Positions 35,881-48,534 are shown, counted from the first letter of the whole stretch. The stretch: DNA of 63,996 nucleotides, filler included, from Peribolospora baueri (GCA_029717555.1; 35 parts of 35 records of this genome joined end to end with filler, not necessarily neighbours in it); one strand, 5' to 3'. Program-made: numbers and translations. Notes: generated by a model from the sequence alone, not told the origin.

Positions 35881-37999
35881 CCTTTAGACCACGTGACAGA
35901 TCGTGAGGGGAAAAGGTGTTTCGAAAAAAAAGTGACCGGCACTCGAAGCAAAAGATGACGAGGGATAGAAGAGGTAGACAAACGCGTCCTGCGCGAGTAG
36001 AAGATGAAGAGTGATGATGAGAAGAGAGGATGAGAAGAATGTGACAACGAACCCCGGTCGTCTCGCCTTTTATGCGTGTCAGCATGACATCGAGTTCGTC
36101 ATGGGCGTCGTAACCCTAACCCAAAGCACATATATCTCCATCGGAGGTCGGAGAACGTTGCGTGAGTTATCATAACATTCGGGCCGAGTGGGCAACGCCG
36201 AGCAACGCCGAGCGCACAAGCCACCGAGTCCACATCGGGTTAGCTCCTTACGGGCGTCTTTGTTCCGCCTTCTCCGCCGGCAATTTCGACCATCTGCAAC
36301 TCATATCTCTGCCGTGACTGCCTCTGATTCATGGTCTTGCGCCCATCATCCTTGCCAGTATTCCAGCTCGCGTAGCGTTGACATAGGAGGGAGTGCGACG
36401 GAACGGCTCTGATTGGCTCTCCCGACCTGACATGGCGCGCACGTTCGAACTGTGGCTGTGTCCGTCCATTGTAGGACTCTCGCCCGGAACCGCAGGTACT
36501 GAAGTCACCCGTCCGCTCGCAGTCCAGGTTGGAATCGTCCACTCCGTCCTGATTCACCAATCCGTCATCGCCCCGCTTAACATTCTCAATCGATATTTCA
36601 ACACCTGCAGCAAGTATCTGTCTCAACAGTCTTGGTACATATCTCCATCAGAGGTCAGAGAACGTACGTTGCATGACGTTATCATAACATTCGGGCCGAG
36701 TGGGCAACGCCGAGCGCCATCTCCTTCGTCTCTGGCTAAGCCGCCCCGAGGAAGGCGAACAGTTCGACAGTGAGCAAGAGGTCTTTGTAGCCTGCCGCGC
36801 AAGCCGCGCCACGAGTCAAATGGCGACGCGCCGACGACACAGCCGCGGCAGGGACGCTCAGCGCGGGCACGGCGAGTTGCGCAAACGAAACCAGGGCCCG
36901 CTAAGGAAGGTCGACAAAAAGGGTCTTCTTTATGACTGCATCTCGGCGCAAATAAGTCTGAGTTTGTTTTTCACCTTTTTCTCCTGTAACCTCGCGCACA
37001 AGCCCNNNNNNNNNNNNNNNNNNNNNNNNNNNNNNNNNNNNNNNNNNNNTTAATTAATTAANNNNNNNNNNNNNNNNNNNNNNNNNNNNNNNNNNNNNNN
37101 NNNNNCAAAGCTTTCCTCTCCCGGTAGCGCCTGATGTGGCGTACTACACTCCGGCCAATCAGCCCGGCCTCGTCACCGTGGTTAGCGGTCCGAGTTGTTA
37201 GGGGGGTTAGGGTTTGTATAGGCAACGGAGGCGAGAGGCCATTTGTGTGCCTGCAAAAAGATAACCTCAAAGGGAAGAAGCTAGCTGCGACAGAAAGCTG
37301 TGCTGTTTCGCCGGAGAGGCTCATCAGGCAGCACGATTGCTTTCTCCTTTTTGATGCGTCGCGCAATGCTGTGCTTTTAACGCCGTCCTCAAGTCGCCAC
37401 GAACCTCCGCAGGCCATTTGGAGAAGGACGTATAGAACTCGTACCTGTCCGTGTAATCCAAACAGCAGGCTGTGAGAACCATGTAATGGTGCGCGAATGT
37501 CAGGCAGCCCGGCTCGCCGTCCCGGACTGGGTTGGACTCGTTGAAGATCAGCGATTGACCTTTCGCCGCCGCAGTCCGAGGGAGAAGACAGCCCCAATCC
37601 AAAGGCCTTTAATTCACGGCACACTTTGCCAGCCCCGTTGCCGTGATCGAGCGCGGCTTGAGGGTTACTTATTTTGACATTCTATTTCGATGGTAATCTC
37701 GGGTGGGGGCTAATCCAGATGACGATTAGCTCGCCTTTGCCAAGCTGTTCGCATGGCCGACTTTGGCCCACAGACGCCGAGAGCGCTGCAGTCGCGCCGG
37801 CGGGCTGGTGTGCACCAGTCTGGCTTCCATGCAACCCATTGTTAACCTCTCCTGTGACGAAGACAACACTTTTCGCCGAATTCTCATCGCCACCTTGCTT
37901 AAGAACCACGGCGCCGTGTCTACCCCCGGCGAAGCGTGATCGTGGCAGCTCGCCTTCTCCAGCAACGCGAGGCCACGTCGTCGTCACCTCTTCCTCGTC

Positions 38000-38709
38000 A
38001 TGGACTCGCGGCCGACCCCGGCCAGCATTTTGGCCAACATTGACCGCGAACGGCTGCTCGCAGCGGCGTCCGCATTAAGGGGCGGGGTTGGGGTCACCAT
38101 AGCTGGTGGGCCGCCTGCTTTTGGATCTAACGCCGCCGTCCTGCAACTGATATTCGATGACGGAGTGCGCTGGGCCGCGAAACTGAGCAGGAGGGAGGAC
38201 GAGCACTTAGTCCAAGTTGAGGCTACAGTGCTCCGCCACATCTCCACTTATGCCCCGCAAATCAGGGTACCGCGCTGTCACGCATACGTCCCGGCCGATT
38301 CTAGCGGCGTCGGGGCTCCTTACACGCTCATGGACTGGGTGGACGGCAGCGAGCTCGAGTGGTCTAAGACTTGGCCAGAGCCAGATGGTCGCCGCAAGGT
38401 TCTCCAGCAATTGGCGGAGTTTTGCGTCTCTCTTCGCTTCTTACCGCCGTTCGGTCCAGAGGCGTTCGGGAGAGAGGCGTACCCCCGGACGAAGGCCTCG
38501 CAGTACTTTTTCGGCTACACCGACGAGCGGATAGAGAGTGTCCTCACTGGTCGACGGAGCGACTATGATCTGGTCGACTGCTTGATATATCGTGCTCGTG
38601 TTGAGAAGTTGTGCGTTCGCCCAGAGCTCGAAAATGGGCCGTTTTCTATGGTTCACGGCGATCTCAGCGGCTCCAATATACTCGTCGATAACGAGTTGAA
38701 TATTGTCGG
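38000..38709 (+). CDS. APH / aminoglycoside phosphotransferase-like kinase, 5' exon
   Basis: FGSN..FDDGVRWAAK, EATVLRHI, PYTLMDWVDG and HGDLSGSNILVD motifs; continues on the contig at 63996-63364. Confidence 0.85.
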
Positions 38710-38858
38710 GTGAGCCCCACCGCCTCGAGATGATTTGCGACTGTTGCTCGTACTCAAGNNNNNNNNNNNNNNNNNNNNNNNNNNNNNNNNNNNNNNNNNN
38801 NNTTAATTAATTAANNNNNNNNNNNNNNNNNNNNNNNNNNNNNNNNNNNNNNNNNNNN

Positions 38859-39975
38859 CTTCGACTGCCTTCTCTTCTGGGTGGAGGCTATGAGCCTGCT
38901 GGATGCCATCGGCTCGTCTTTGCGCTCGTTGGAACTAGCCTCGCAATGGATCGAGGTGAGTTATCTTCATCGGCTGCTCGAAGCTTGCCACACATTCTCC
39001 AGGCATACAGCGCAGGAGACGAAAAGCTCTGCCACCTTGTCTACGATGCTCGTCGTTTCGTGCAAATGTTCCAAGTTCCAATCACCCAAAGCGCCCTTCA
39101 TACCTATAAATCAGCCCTCCCTTTTACACCAAAGGAAACAATCCTTTATAAAACCTTTATGCCACAATTCGGCAAGGCTCCAAAAGTGTTGAGGGGCACA
39201 GCATCCCACTGGACTGCGTGCTTGCATGTCCTGGAGGGTCACACGGGTCTGTCGACTCGGTCGCCTTCTCCCCAGATGGGAAGCGAATCGTCTCTGGTTC
39301 GGGCGACAAGACCCTCCGGATGTGGGATGCGTGGACGGGTGAGGCGATCGGTAGACCGCTCGAAGGTCACACGGGTTGGGTCTACTCGGTCGCCTTCTCC
39401 CCAGATGGGAAGCGAATCGTCTCTGGTTCGGGCGACGGCACCCTCCGGATGTGGGACGCGTCGACGGGTGAGGCGATCGGTAGACCGCTCGAAGGTCACA
39501 CGGGTCCGGTCTACTCGTCTTCTCCCCAGATGGGAAGCGAATCGTCTCTGGTTCGGACGACGATAAGACCCTCCGGATGTGGGACGCGTCGACGGGCGAG
39601 GCGATCGGCAGACCGCTGGAAGGTCACACGGGTCCAGTCCTCTCGGTCGCCTTTTCCCCAGACGGGAAGCGGATCGTCTCGAGGTCGATGGAAGTCCGAG
39701 TGTGGAAGGTGGCTAATGATGCTGCTATTCCGTCTGGTAGCGAAGGCATGGAAAGCGAAGAACTTGCTGAAATGTCGCAGCAGAAGTTGCTCTTGGTCGA
39801 CAAGGATGGATGGGTGAAGGACGACTGGGGCAGGAGACAATGGTGGATGCCATTTGAAAACAGAGGGTCTGGTCAAGCATCTACTCAAGCATTTCACAGC
39901 GGCCGATGGGTCGTCGGAAGTGTCGCTGGCTTTGTGACTATCGTGGATGGCCGGAAAGCATTGGGTATAGTTTAG
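38859..39975 (+). pseudogene. NACHT-WD40 (HET-E-like/NWD) C-terminal region with about 4 near-identical 129-bp WD40 repeats and two frameshifts
   Basis: WVEAMSLL..DARRFV..SALPFTP linker; [34 protein letters not shown] repeats; -1 nt near 39249 and -4 nt near 39518. Confidence 0.8.
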
Positions 39976-40215
39976 ACGTGGCAAACTAGGTGTCTCAGAA
40001 TGAGAATCGACCTTGGGATCTCCCGATACCGGAACCTTCCGAACTGGCGATTGTCCAAGGTATAACCCGCACCTTCCTATAGTTTTCTTCAGCCATCCGT
40101 CCTAGCTTCTAGCTCCCTCCCTGCTGCCTGGAATTCAGCCATGACTGGCCATCTTTCCTGGGGTAGGTCCCGCGCGGCCTAGACCTCTCTCCCGTCCAAC
40201 CTTGAGTCCCGACAG

Positions 40216-40477
40216 GTGTGCGGCCGATGCCAAGCCAGCCCAATCCCGCCGGCGTGGGACGAATGGGAACTTCCCCGCTTCTTCCGCTGGATCGTCCCCT
40301 TCCGCTTAGCAGGCATGTCGACCCCTCGCAACGCCACTGATATTGTCCAACTTTACTCCAGACTGGGAATTACGCACGTCGTCACCCTCACAGAGGAATC
40401 GCCTCTTCCTCCGTCTTGGTTCGAGAGCAAGGAGGTGAAAGGAATTGTGAGGCATACTTTTCTGAGCGTGGCCAACT
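40216..40477 (+). CDS. Dual-specificity phosphatase-like domain fragment, resembling fungal multidomain phosphatase/RNA-ligase repair proteins
   Basis: LPRFFRWIVPFRLAGMSTPR..LGITHVVTLTEESPLP..WF. Confidence 0.6.
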
Positions 40478-41973
40478 NNNNNNNNNNNNNNNNNNNNNNN
40501 NNNNNNNNNNNNNNNNNNNNNTTAATTAATTAANNNNNNNNNNNNNNNNNNNNNNNNNNNNNNNNNNNNNNNNNNNNGGATCTTGGAAGTGGACATGGCT
40601 CGCGTACGGTATGGGGCTGACAGAGATGCGGACTGTTGGTGGCTAGCCAAGGCGGGGAGAGGTTGCCCTATTTATACCATTCATTGTGTATGCAAGGTCG
40701 TTTTCCGATTCCGACCAGCCAGCCATGTATATGTCTAAGACTCGCCATCGTCGCCAGCCTCCACCTCCACCTCGCCTTGCAGCCGCGTCAGCGGCCCCCG
40801 GCGTCGGCAAGATATACGCCCGCCTTCAATGCAGGTGACCGGAAACAACGGTCGATGTGATCGCATGTCTTGGTCAGCCAGCAAAAGCGCCCCACGCCCC
40901 GCGCCCGTCGAAGGCGCTACCCTCACTCTCGCGTCTTGGCCGGGTCGTCAGTTGAAACGAATATCGGAACGATCAGGGCAACGAACGAGTCTAGAAGGCA
41001 GTGGCGGAATTGAATTGGCCGGATGTAATTCTCCGATTTGATCCGCTTACGTCGCCCCGGCACGACGGCAAGCATGTGCTGCGACTATATCGGGGCAGGC
41101 ACAACCTGGGCTTGTGGGACAAGGAATGCAACGTCGTCGCGTCGAATACTCGTACGAGTGGATTGAAAGGGGCTGTCACACGCCACCTCCATCCATCGCA
41201 CTGCAAAGAGAGCTGTACACCCTTGCGATCCCCAGCTCTTGAGATCTGAAGCGGAGAATGGCCCGTTGCGCTTCCGGGTCCACCGGTCGGCCCGTCTGTG
41301 CGGCTTGGGTGGCGAGCTAGCTGGGAGCCCATTTGTACTCGAATTGCCGCTCGTCAACGTCCGACGAGGCCGCTTCTACGACGTTGGCGGCGCCGTTCAT
41401 ATCCATGCGCTCCGATCGTTCCCGCTCACTCTCGTCCTCATCAGCCGGCCTGGGATCCCACGTCTCCGACGCCTCTCCGGACCGCCTGATGGAGCGCACA
41501 AGTCCCTCGAACGTCTCATCGTAGATGTTCATCAGGCCGTGATCGGACATGAGGCCGGACGTGAGGTCTGCTACCGTGTCGAGGGCAAGCAGAGAGGGAT
41601 GTCGTGGCGCTACGGACAACAGGGACGTCGTCGACGGCCACTCCTCTCTAGTCTCCACTGTGCTCTAGCCGTCCTTGTCCCGCCCGCCATTTCCCATCGC
41701 GCTCATCTCTCCGTCTCTCATATCTTTCATGTACTCTTATCCTCGCCTGAAAAGGCAAGACGAAATCCGTCGTCAAACGGACTGGACTGCGCGGCGCGAG
41801 CTATGGACGGCATGGCATGTTCGTCGGCATGTTCGTCATTCCGCGAGCGCTTTTTGGAGTAAAGTCAGTGAATTGGAAAGGGGATGATGGGGCTTCAACC
41901 GGGGTAATTTCCGGGCGTTGCGCACTAGCGAAATTCAAATACAGGAAGAGCTGCTCCGTCCGCTTCCTTCAGC

Positions 41974-42163
41974 TCAGACGGCCAACAAGTGCTTCACCTC
42001 CGTTGGACCTCTTCCTCCCTTGATGGTCATCCTGTTCAGGATCGCCCTGATCTCCTTGTTCTCCTCGTCCGACAGCCGGACATTGGCCGCCTCGACGTTC
42101 TCCGTCGTCCGCTGGGCGTTGGTGGAGCCGGGGATGGGGATAATCCGCTCGTCCTGCCGGAGG
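41974..42163 (-). CDS. Aldo-keto reductase C-terminus
   Basis: Not in the ORF track: IIPIPGSTNAQRTTENVEAANVRLSDEENKEIRAILNRMTIKGGR..*. Confidence 0.8.
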
Positions 42164-42286
42164 NNNNNNNNNNNNNNNNNNNNNNNNNNNNNNNNNNNNN
42201 NNNNNNNTTAATTAATTAANNNNNNNNNNNNNNNNNNNNNNNNNNNNNNNNNNNNNNNNNNNNAACAATGTGGGGCAAAATAGATC

Positions 42287-42322
42287 ACCCCATAGACTCA
42301 TTTGACCATATGGAAGAACATA
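42287..42322 (-). CDS. cob: Mitochondrial cob mini-exon (36 bp, between intron sites 393 and 429)
   Basis: YVLPYGQMSLWG preceded by an intron-terminal G. Confidence 0.9.
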
Positions 42323-43673
42323 CAACTTATCTACTATACACTAGTACAAAATGAAGTAGTGTACGATCTACAGTTTATAGTAGTTGTACCTAGTCACCTA
42401 ACCAATCCCAGATTAAATTAATTTCTGGTTAGTATACTCCTAGGCCTTGAGAATTCTGTGTTGTGCAAAATAGAATTCATAAGTCCGACTGTACATTAAG
42501 CACCATCTCAGGTACCCATTAGTGACCCAGTCTGTAGCGATTGTACATACAACCGACGGTCTGGAGATGTGATCACTCTCTTTGACCGTTTTCACTAATA
42601 TCGCCAAATTTGATTTATAAATCAAATTCAATATCCCTGTCAGGATATTCTATTGATCTCTCACATGATAATATGAGAAACTTTACCGTTCTCTATGTAG
42701 ATTGTATCTAGTCTTATCTTTCCTCCAACTACGCAGATGTGGTATTGGAAAGGCTAGATGGTAAGGTTAAACCAATAGGACTATAGATGTGAGTTCATAT
42801 TGAGTTCCTATGTCAAGATTCGTTTTACTTTTTTGCGTCTTTCACTAACCATGTTCGTTTCACAATCCCGTTAGCCTTTAAGGCTCGATGTACTGTTCTT
42901 GAATCGCAATTCATGAAGGCTGCAGCTAATACAACGTTATCGAAGTATTTAGGCTTAGATCCGTCTAATTCTGAGACGATTAATGGTCGTTGATTTGTGA
43001 CACACTTAGCTCGTGTTTCATCTGACATAGGTGATCTACTCAGGGCATGCTTTCGTATCTTAGCAATAGTTTCTGGTGATAAAGATTTACCTCGATTTAA
43101 ATTTCCAATTTGTTCTCGTCTTGCATCTGAATAATTCTCTCTCATTTTCCGTATTACCTCTTCAGTATGTTTGTAACCTAGAGTGTTCTTCCCGTATTTG
43201 GCTATATTGTACTCAGCATTGAGACTCTCAATGTAAAAAGACTCTAATGTAAGAAGATCATCTATGTTAGTAGAAGTAATAGTTTCAGCCATAGTAGCTA
43301 CTATTACAAAGGCAAAATTTTCTAATCCATACTTTTGTACTGCAGCTGCTATGATCTTACTCCCTGAGAATGCGTACAGATGTTTATGAAATCGATTGTA
43401 AAATTTTCCAGTGATTGCACTACCAACATAGCACTTACCATTCACCTTATTTATTATGATATACACTCCAGAGAAGGATCTTAGACAATTTCTAACAAGT
43501 CCTTTCATCTCTGGTACATGTAGATTCTCGAAAACGGCTACTGGTGTGATACTATGCCTTTTTAGTATGGCTTGAAGATTGTTAGAACATACAATAGGTA
43601 GATTAGATAGAAGAAGCGCATAGGTCCCTGTGTTTTCGTTATGAATACACATCCATGTTGGGCTATATATATA
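42323..43673 (-). mobile_element. Group I intron cob-393 with an intact exon-fused GIY-YIG endonuclease ORF (stop at 42825)
   Basis: [19 protein letters not shown] and NUMOD3-like GYKHTEE; uninterrupted frame from the exon. Confidence 0.9.
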
Positions 43674-43769
43674 ACCCAAGAAAGCTGTAGCCATCATTAA
43701 AACTAAAATTATAACTCCAATACTCCATGTTAAAGTTTGTGGTGCTCGGTATGATCCATAGTATAAACC
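43674..43769 (-). CDS. cob: Mitochondrial cob exon fragment
   Basis: [32 protein letters not shown]. Confidence 0.93.
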
Positions 43770-43869
43770 NNNNNNNNNNNNNNNNNNNNNNNNNNNNNNN
43801 NNNNNNNNNNNNNTTAATTAATTAANNNNNNNNNNNNNNNNNNNNNNNNNNNNNNNNNNNNNNNNNNNN

Positions 43870-45341
43870 CGTTAGGTTCTTAAACAACAGGTCGAGCAGG
43901 ACAGCAATGTTCGAGATCTTGCAGTCACCATGAGGGATGCCCTTGCCTTTGCAAGAGAGGCGAGCGAGCTAAGGAAGATTGAAGGAACGTCTGATGTCGT
44001 GAAGGACATGGCAGATGCTGTCAACGAATGCGCCAACGTTATCCAGGAATATACCTCGAGCTCCTTTCTCGGTGACCATCTTCACGGATTCATCGTAGCT
44101 GCCTGCGGTATCGTTACTGACGCGATCTCCTCCTCTCTTCACGCTCTATCTTCCAGTCCGGGCTGCCAAATCTACAGTGACGTCGCAAATGACGACTCGC
44201 ATTCAGACGTGCAAATCTAACTTTGCCAATTTGAAAGAGAAATTCCTCCTCACTCTCGACATCCGTATATGGAAGAATACGGATGAATTGCTCAAAGGAT
44301 TGAGGAAGAGAGGTGCGTGCGTTCACAACTATTTTATCATGGGTTCTTCACCTTTTGCTCAAAACCAAGCCAACGTCATTTGACAGATCGGACAACCCGC
44401 CTCGCTCGCGAAAGAGAGCTTCTCAATGGGCTCCCTTTCGTCCCGGCCGCGTACAATTCGGACGTTGAGAACTATGCTCTCTGCACGGAAGGTACGCGCG
44501 AGCACGCTATGGCCGCCATATTCAGATGGATCGAAAGTGATGAAGAGGAGCAGGCCCGCATATTTTGGCTAAGCGGTCAAGCCGGTACGGGGAAGTCGAC
44601 TCTCGCTCGAAGCATATCTGCCAAGCTCCAGGGACAGCACCGTCTGGCTGCCACCTTTTTCTTCGTGCGGAACGTGCCTGACCGGAGTGAACCGAAAAAG
44701 GTGCTGAGCACGGTTTCTCGGCAACTTGCTCGGTTCGACCGGTCCATTGCTCGCGCGTTGGTAGATGTTTTGGAGGAGGACGAACCGACAGTGGTTGTTG
44801 CCATGTATCCCACCGCCCAGTTCCAATGGCTCATCTCTAGACCCCTCGAGGCTGCCCTGCGAGGGGCCGATCCGGAGATGCGGATAGTCGTCGTCCTGGA
44901 CGCCTTAGACGAATGTGGGACGATGGAGTCCCGTTCAAGACTTCTCGAGGCCATCGAGGTTGAGGTTCCCAAGCTCCCCCCTTCGGTCAAATTTCTCATC
45001 ACCAGTCGTCGCGAGAGTGACATCGAGGCGACATTCCGGAGGATGAGCACGTCCGTCCAGTATCACGAAGTTGGCATCACCGAGACGGAGATCGAGCGTG
45101 ATATCGGTATCGTACTCGAGGAGCGGTTGTCCAACGTGGTAGCCAACTTGGGCAGCAACAACCAACTCGACGATTCCTGGCCAGGAAGAGAAAGAAGGGA
45201 CGCTCTTATTCGGCTATCGGGCGGTCTCTTCATTTGGGTCAAGACCGCATGCGACTTCATCGGGGACAAATACGTAGACGACCCCGAAGACCAGCTCAAA
45301 ATGGTGCTCGCCAGCAACCCGAACATGGACGGCCCCTCCCC
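43870..45341 (+). CDS. NACHT NTPase (fungal NLR-like) with an N-terminal helical domain; multi-exon, partial
   Basis: CTEGTR, IFWLSGQAGTGKSTLA, ATFFF, VVVLDALDEC, FLITSR, GGLFIW. Confidence 0.9.
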
Positions 45342-45441
45342 NNNNNNNNNNNNNNNNNNNNNNNNNNNNNNNNNNNNNNNNNNNNTTAATTAATTAANNN
45401 NNNNNNNNNNNNNNNNNNNNNNNNNNNNNNNNNNNNNNNNN

Positions 45442-46895
45442 TTTCCTCCTTCCCTTTCCCCCTTCCTTCTTTCTCTCTTCCCTCCCCCCTTTTTTTTTTT
45501 CTTCTTCTCTTCCCTTCCTTCCCCTTCCCCTCTCTTTCTTTTCCTCCCTCCTCTCCCTTTCTTCTTCCCCCCCCTTTCCCCCTCTCCCCTCTCCTTCTCC
45601 TTCCCCCTTCCCCTCCCTTTCCCCTTTCTTCTTCCCCCTTTCCCTTTTTCTCCTCTTTTCCTTTTTTTTCCCCCCCCCTTCCTCTCCTCCTTCTCTTTCC
45701 CTCCTCCCCCTTCTTCTCTTTTCTTCTCTCCTTCTTTCCCCTTCTTCCTTCCCCCTCTCCTCTCTTTTTCTCTTCTTCTTTCTCCCCTCTCCCCCCCTTT
45801 TCCTCTCTCTTTTCCCTTCCTCCTCTCTCCTCTCCTCCCCCCTCTTTTCCTCTTTCTTCTCCCTCTTCCTTCCTCTTTCCCCCTCTTTCTTTTCCCCCCC
45901 TCTTTTCTCTTCCTCCCCTCCCTCCTCTCCCCTCCCTCTCTTTCTCTTTTTCTCCTTTCTTCTCCCCCCTCCCTTCCCTTTCCTTCCTCCCTCTTTTTTT
46001 CCCCCCCCCTCCTCTCCCCCCTTTTCTCCTCCTTTTTCCTTTTTTCCCTCCTTTTCTTTTCCCTCCCTTCCTCCCTCCTCCCCCTCTTCCTCTTCTTTCC
46101 TCTTTCCCCTCCTCCTTCTCCCTTTCTTTTCTCTCCCCCCCCCTCCTTTTCCCCTTTCCCCTCCCCCTTCTCCTTCCTCCTCCCCCTCTTCCTTCCTTCC
46201 CTCCCTTCCCTCCCCCCCTCCCCCTCTCTTCTTCTTCCCTCCCTTCCCTTCTTCCTTCCCTCTCTTCCCTTTCCCCCCTTTCCCTTCCTTTTTCCCTCTC
46301 TTTCCCCCTTTCTTTTCCTCTTTCCCTCCCTTTCCTTTTTCTCTCTCTTTCTCTCTCCTCTCTTTCTCTTTCTCTTTCCTCTCCCCCCCCTTTTTCTCTT
46401 CCTTCCCCCCCCCCTCTCCTCTTTTCTCTCTTCTCCCCTCTCCCCTTTTTTCCTCTTCCCTTCCTTTCTTCTCCCCCTCTCTTCCTTCCTTTTCCCCTTC
46501 CCTTTTCCTCTTTCCTTCTCTTCCCCCTCTTCTCTCTCTTCCCCCTCTTCCTCCCTCCTTTCTCCCTCTTTCCCCTTTTCTCTCTTCCCTCTTCCCTCTC
46601 CTTTCCTCTTTTCCTCCTTTTTCTTTTCTTTTCCTCCTCTTCTTTCTCTTCTTCCTTTCCTCTTTTCTTCTTCCCCTCTCCTCTTCCCCTTCTTCTCCCC
46701 CTTTTTTCTTTTTTTCTCTTTTCCTCTCCCCCTCCCCCTTCCTTCCTTCCTCTCCTCCCTTCCTCCTCTCCCCCTCCTTCTTCCTCTTCTTTTCCCCTTT
46801 CTCCCTTCCTTTCCTTCTCCTTTCTTCCTCTCTCTCCTTTTTCCCCTTCCTCCTCTCCCCCCTCCCCCTCCCCCCCCTTTTCTTTCCCCCCTCTT
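45442..46895. repeat. Pyrimidine-only low-complexity contig, probable artefact
   Basis: Only C/T, aperiodic. Confidence 0.8.
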
Positions 46896-46995
46896 NNNNN
46901 NNNNNNNNNNNNNNNNNNNNNNNNNNNNNNNNNNNNNNNTTAATTAATTAANNNNNNNNNNNNNNNNNNNNNNNNNNNNNNNNNNNNNNNNNNNN

Positions 46996-47366
46996 ACCAC
47001 CCCACGCTGCCGCCCGTACGCGTCAAGGCAGGCGAGATGGTCGGCTGGTCTGATTGGGTGATGGGGCGCATGCCAGAGGTGTGGGGTGATGACTGCCTCG
47101 AGTTCAAGCCGTCGCGGTGGATCGACGAAGCGGGCAAGCTGCGCAACTTTGGTCCTTGGAAGGCCCACTTCTTCAACGCCGGCCCGCGCATCTGTCTCGG
47201 CCAGACGTTGGCCACGTACGAAGGCCTGGCTGTCATGGCCGCCCTGCTGGCCCACTTTGACATCGTCCTCGTCCCCGGACAGGAGCCGCCGCACTACGAA
47301 GACTCGCTTACCCTCCCCCTCCGAGGCGGTGGCTACCGCGTGCGCGTCAAGGCCCACCGCGCCTGA
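46996..47366 (+). CDS. Cytochrome P450 C-terminus
   Basis: EFKPSRW (PERF-like) and the FNAGPRICLG heme-binding motif. Confidence 0.92.
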
Positions 47367-47450
47367 TCGTCGTCCTCCGTCTTCGGCCGTCGTCGTCCAG
47401 CCAGCGCGTGCGGGGGGCACCACCTGCACGAAACGAACGAACGAACGAAC

Positions 47451-47517
47451 TGTCACGAACGCCGCCTCCGATCCGGGACTGTCACGAACGCCGCCTCCGA
47501 TCCGGGACTGTCATGAA
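47451..47517 (+). repeat. 29-bp tandem repeat TGTCACGAACGCCGCCTCCGATCCGGGAC (x2.3)
   Basis: Two exact copies plus tgtcatgaa; the same unit occurs at 62444. Confidence 0.9.
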
Positions 47518-47866
47518 ATGTGCTCCAGATCAAGTACTGCGCGCCCGCGGCCACCGCGGCGTCCGCCACGGCCTTTCCCTGGTTGATTTCCTTTTGCTTC
47601 GACAGAGGCTCATAGACCGTGTTCGTTACCGAGAACACCGTATGTGCGCCATGCACGGCTTGCTTGATGGACTCTTTGTCGTCCACGTCGCCCTTGACGA
47701 CCTCGACGCCCTTCTGCTGGAGGACCAGGGCCGCCGGTTTGGACGGGTCGCGCGTGACGCCGCGGACTTTGTACTGCTTCGACAGCTCCGGATCGTTCAA
47801 GACGTAGTCAACGACAGACCCGCCCTGCTGGCCCGTAGCACCGAATACGACGAGAAGTTTGCTCAT
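47518..47866 (-). pseudogene. NmrA-like NAD(P)-binding protein, 3'-truncated at the 29-bp repeat
   Basis: VVFGATGQQGGSV..VRGVTRD..GKAVADAAVAAGAQYLIWST, after which homology stops abruptly. Confidence 0.8.
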
Positions 47867-48534
47867 AGGGACGGGCGTGGGTAAGAGTTGAGAAATTCTA
47901 TGTTACTCCGAATGAAACGAGGCGGAAGCTGTGATGGTGGTGGTTGGGGTGTAGGTTTGCCGTCGCATCTGTGGGATCTAGCGTCTACTTGTAGTTGACC
48001 TCGAGCCATCAGGGCTACGCTGGAATTAATTAGCATTCGGCCGACGTCAGCGCGGCCATTGCCAATATGGTTGAAATAACGAGAAACACCCGCCACGTCA
48101 CCGCCCTTCCATTACCGCAGTCTAGCGTGAGGAAGTGCGCAACACTTCGATGGCACGTGCACGTTGTCCAAGTTGCGCTATACGAGGCTCCTTGTCAAGG
48201 CGGTGGTGCCCCGCACTGCTGGTGCGATTAACAAGGCGATTACGGCCCTCCATCCAGACGGCTTCCTCCTTTTCACCTCTTGCAGCAACGAGCGTAACTG
48301 GCAGACGTTGACCTCCTTCCACTCCCCCGAGGCCATGGCTATTGACGATCTCGGACCGACCGAGTTGATCACCGCATCCATGTCGCTACAATCCCGCCTC
48401 ACCATCAGAGTCCATGGTACGTATCCAGACCTCTNNNNNNNNNNNNNNNNNNNNNNNNNNNNNNNNNNNNNNNNNNNNTTAATTAATTAANNNNNNNNNN
48501 NNNNNNNNNNNNNNNNNNNNNNNNNNNNNNNNNN

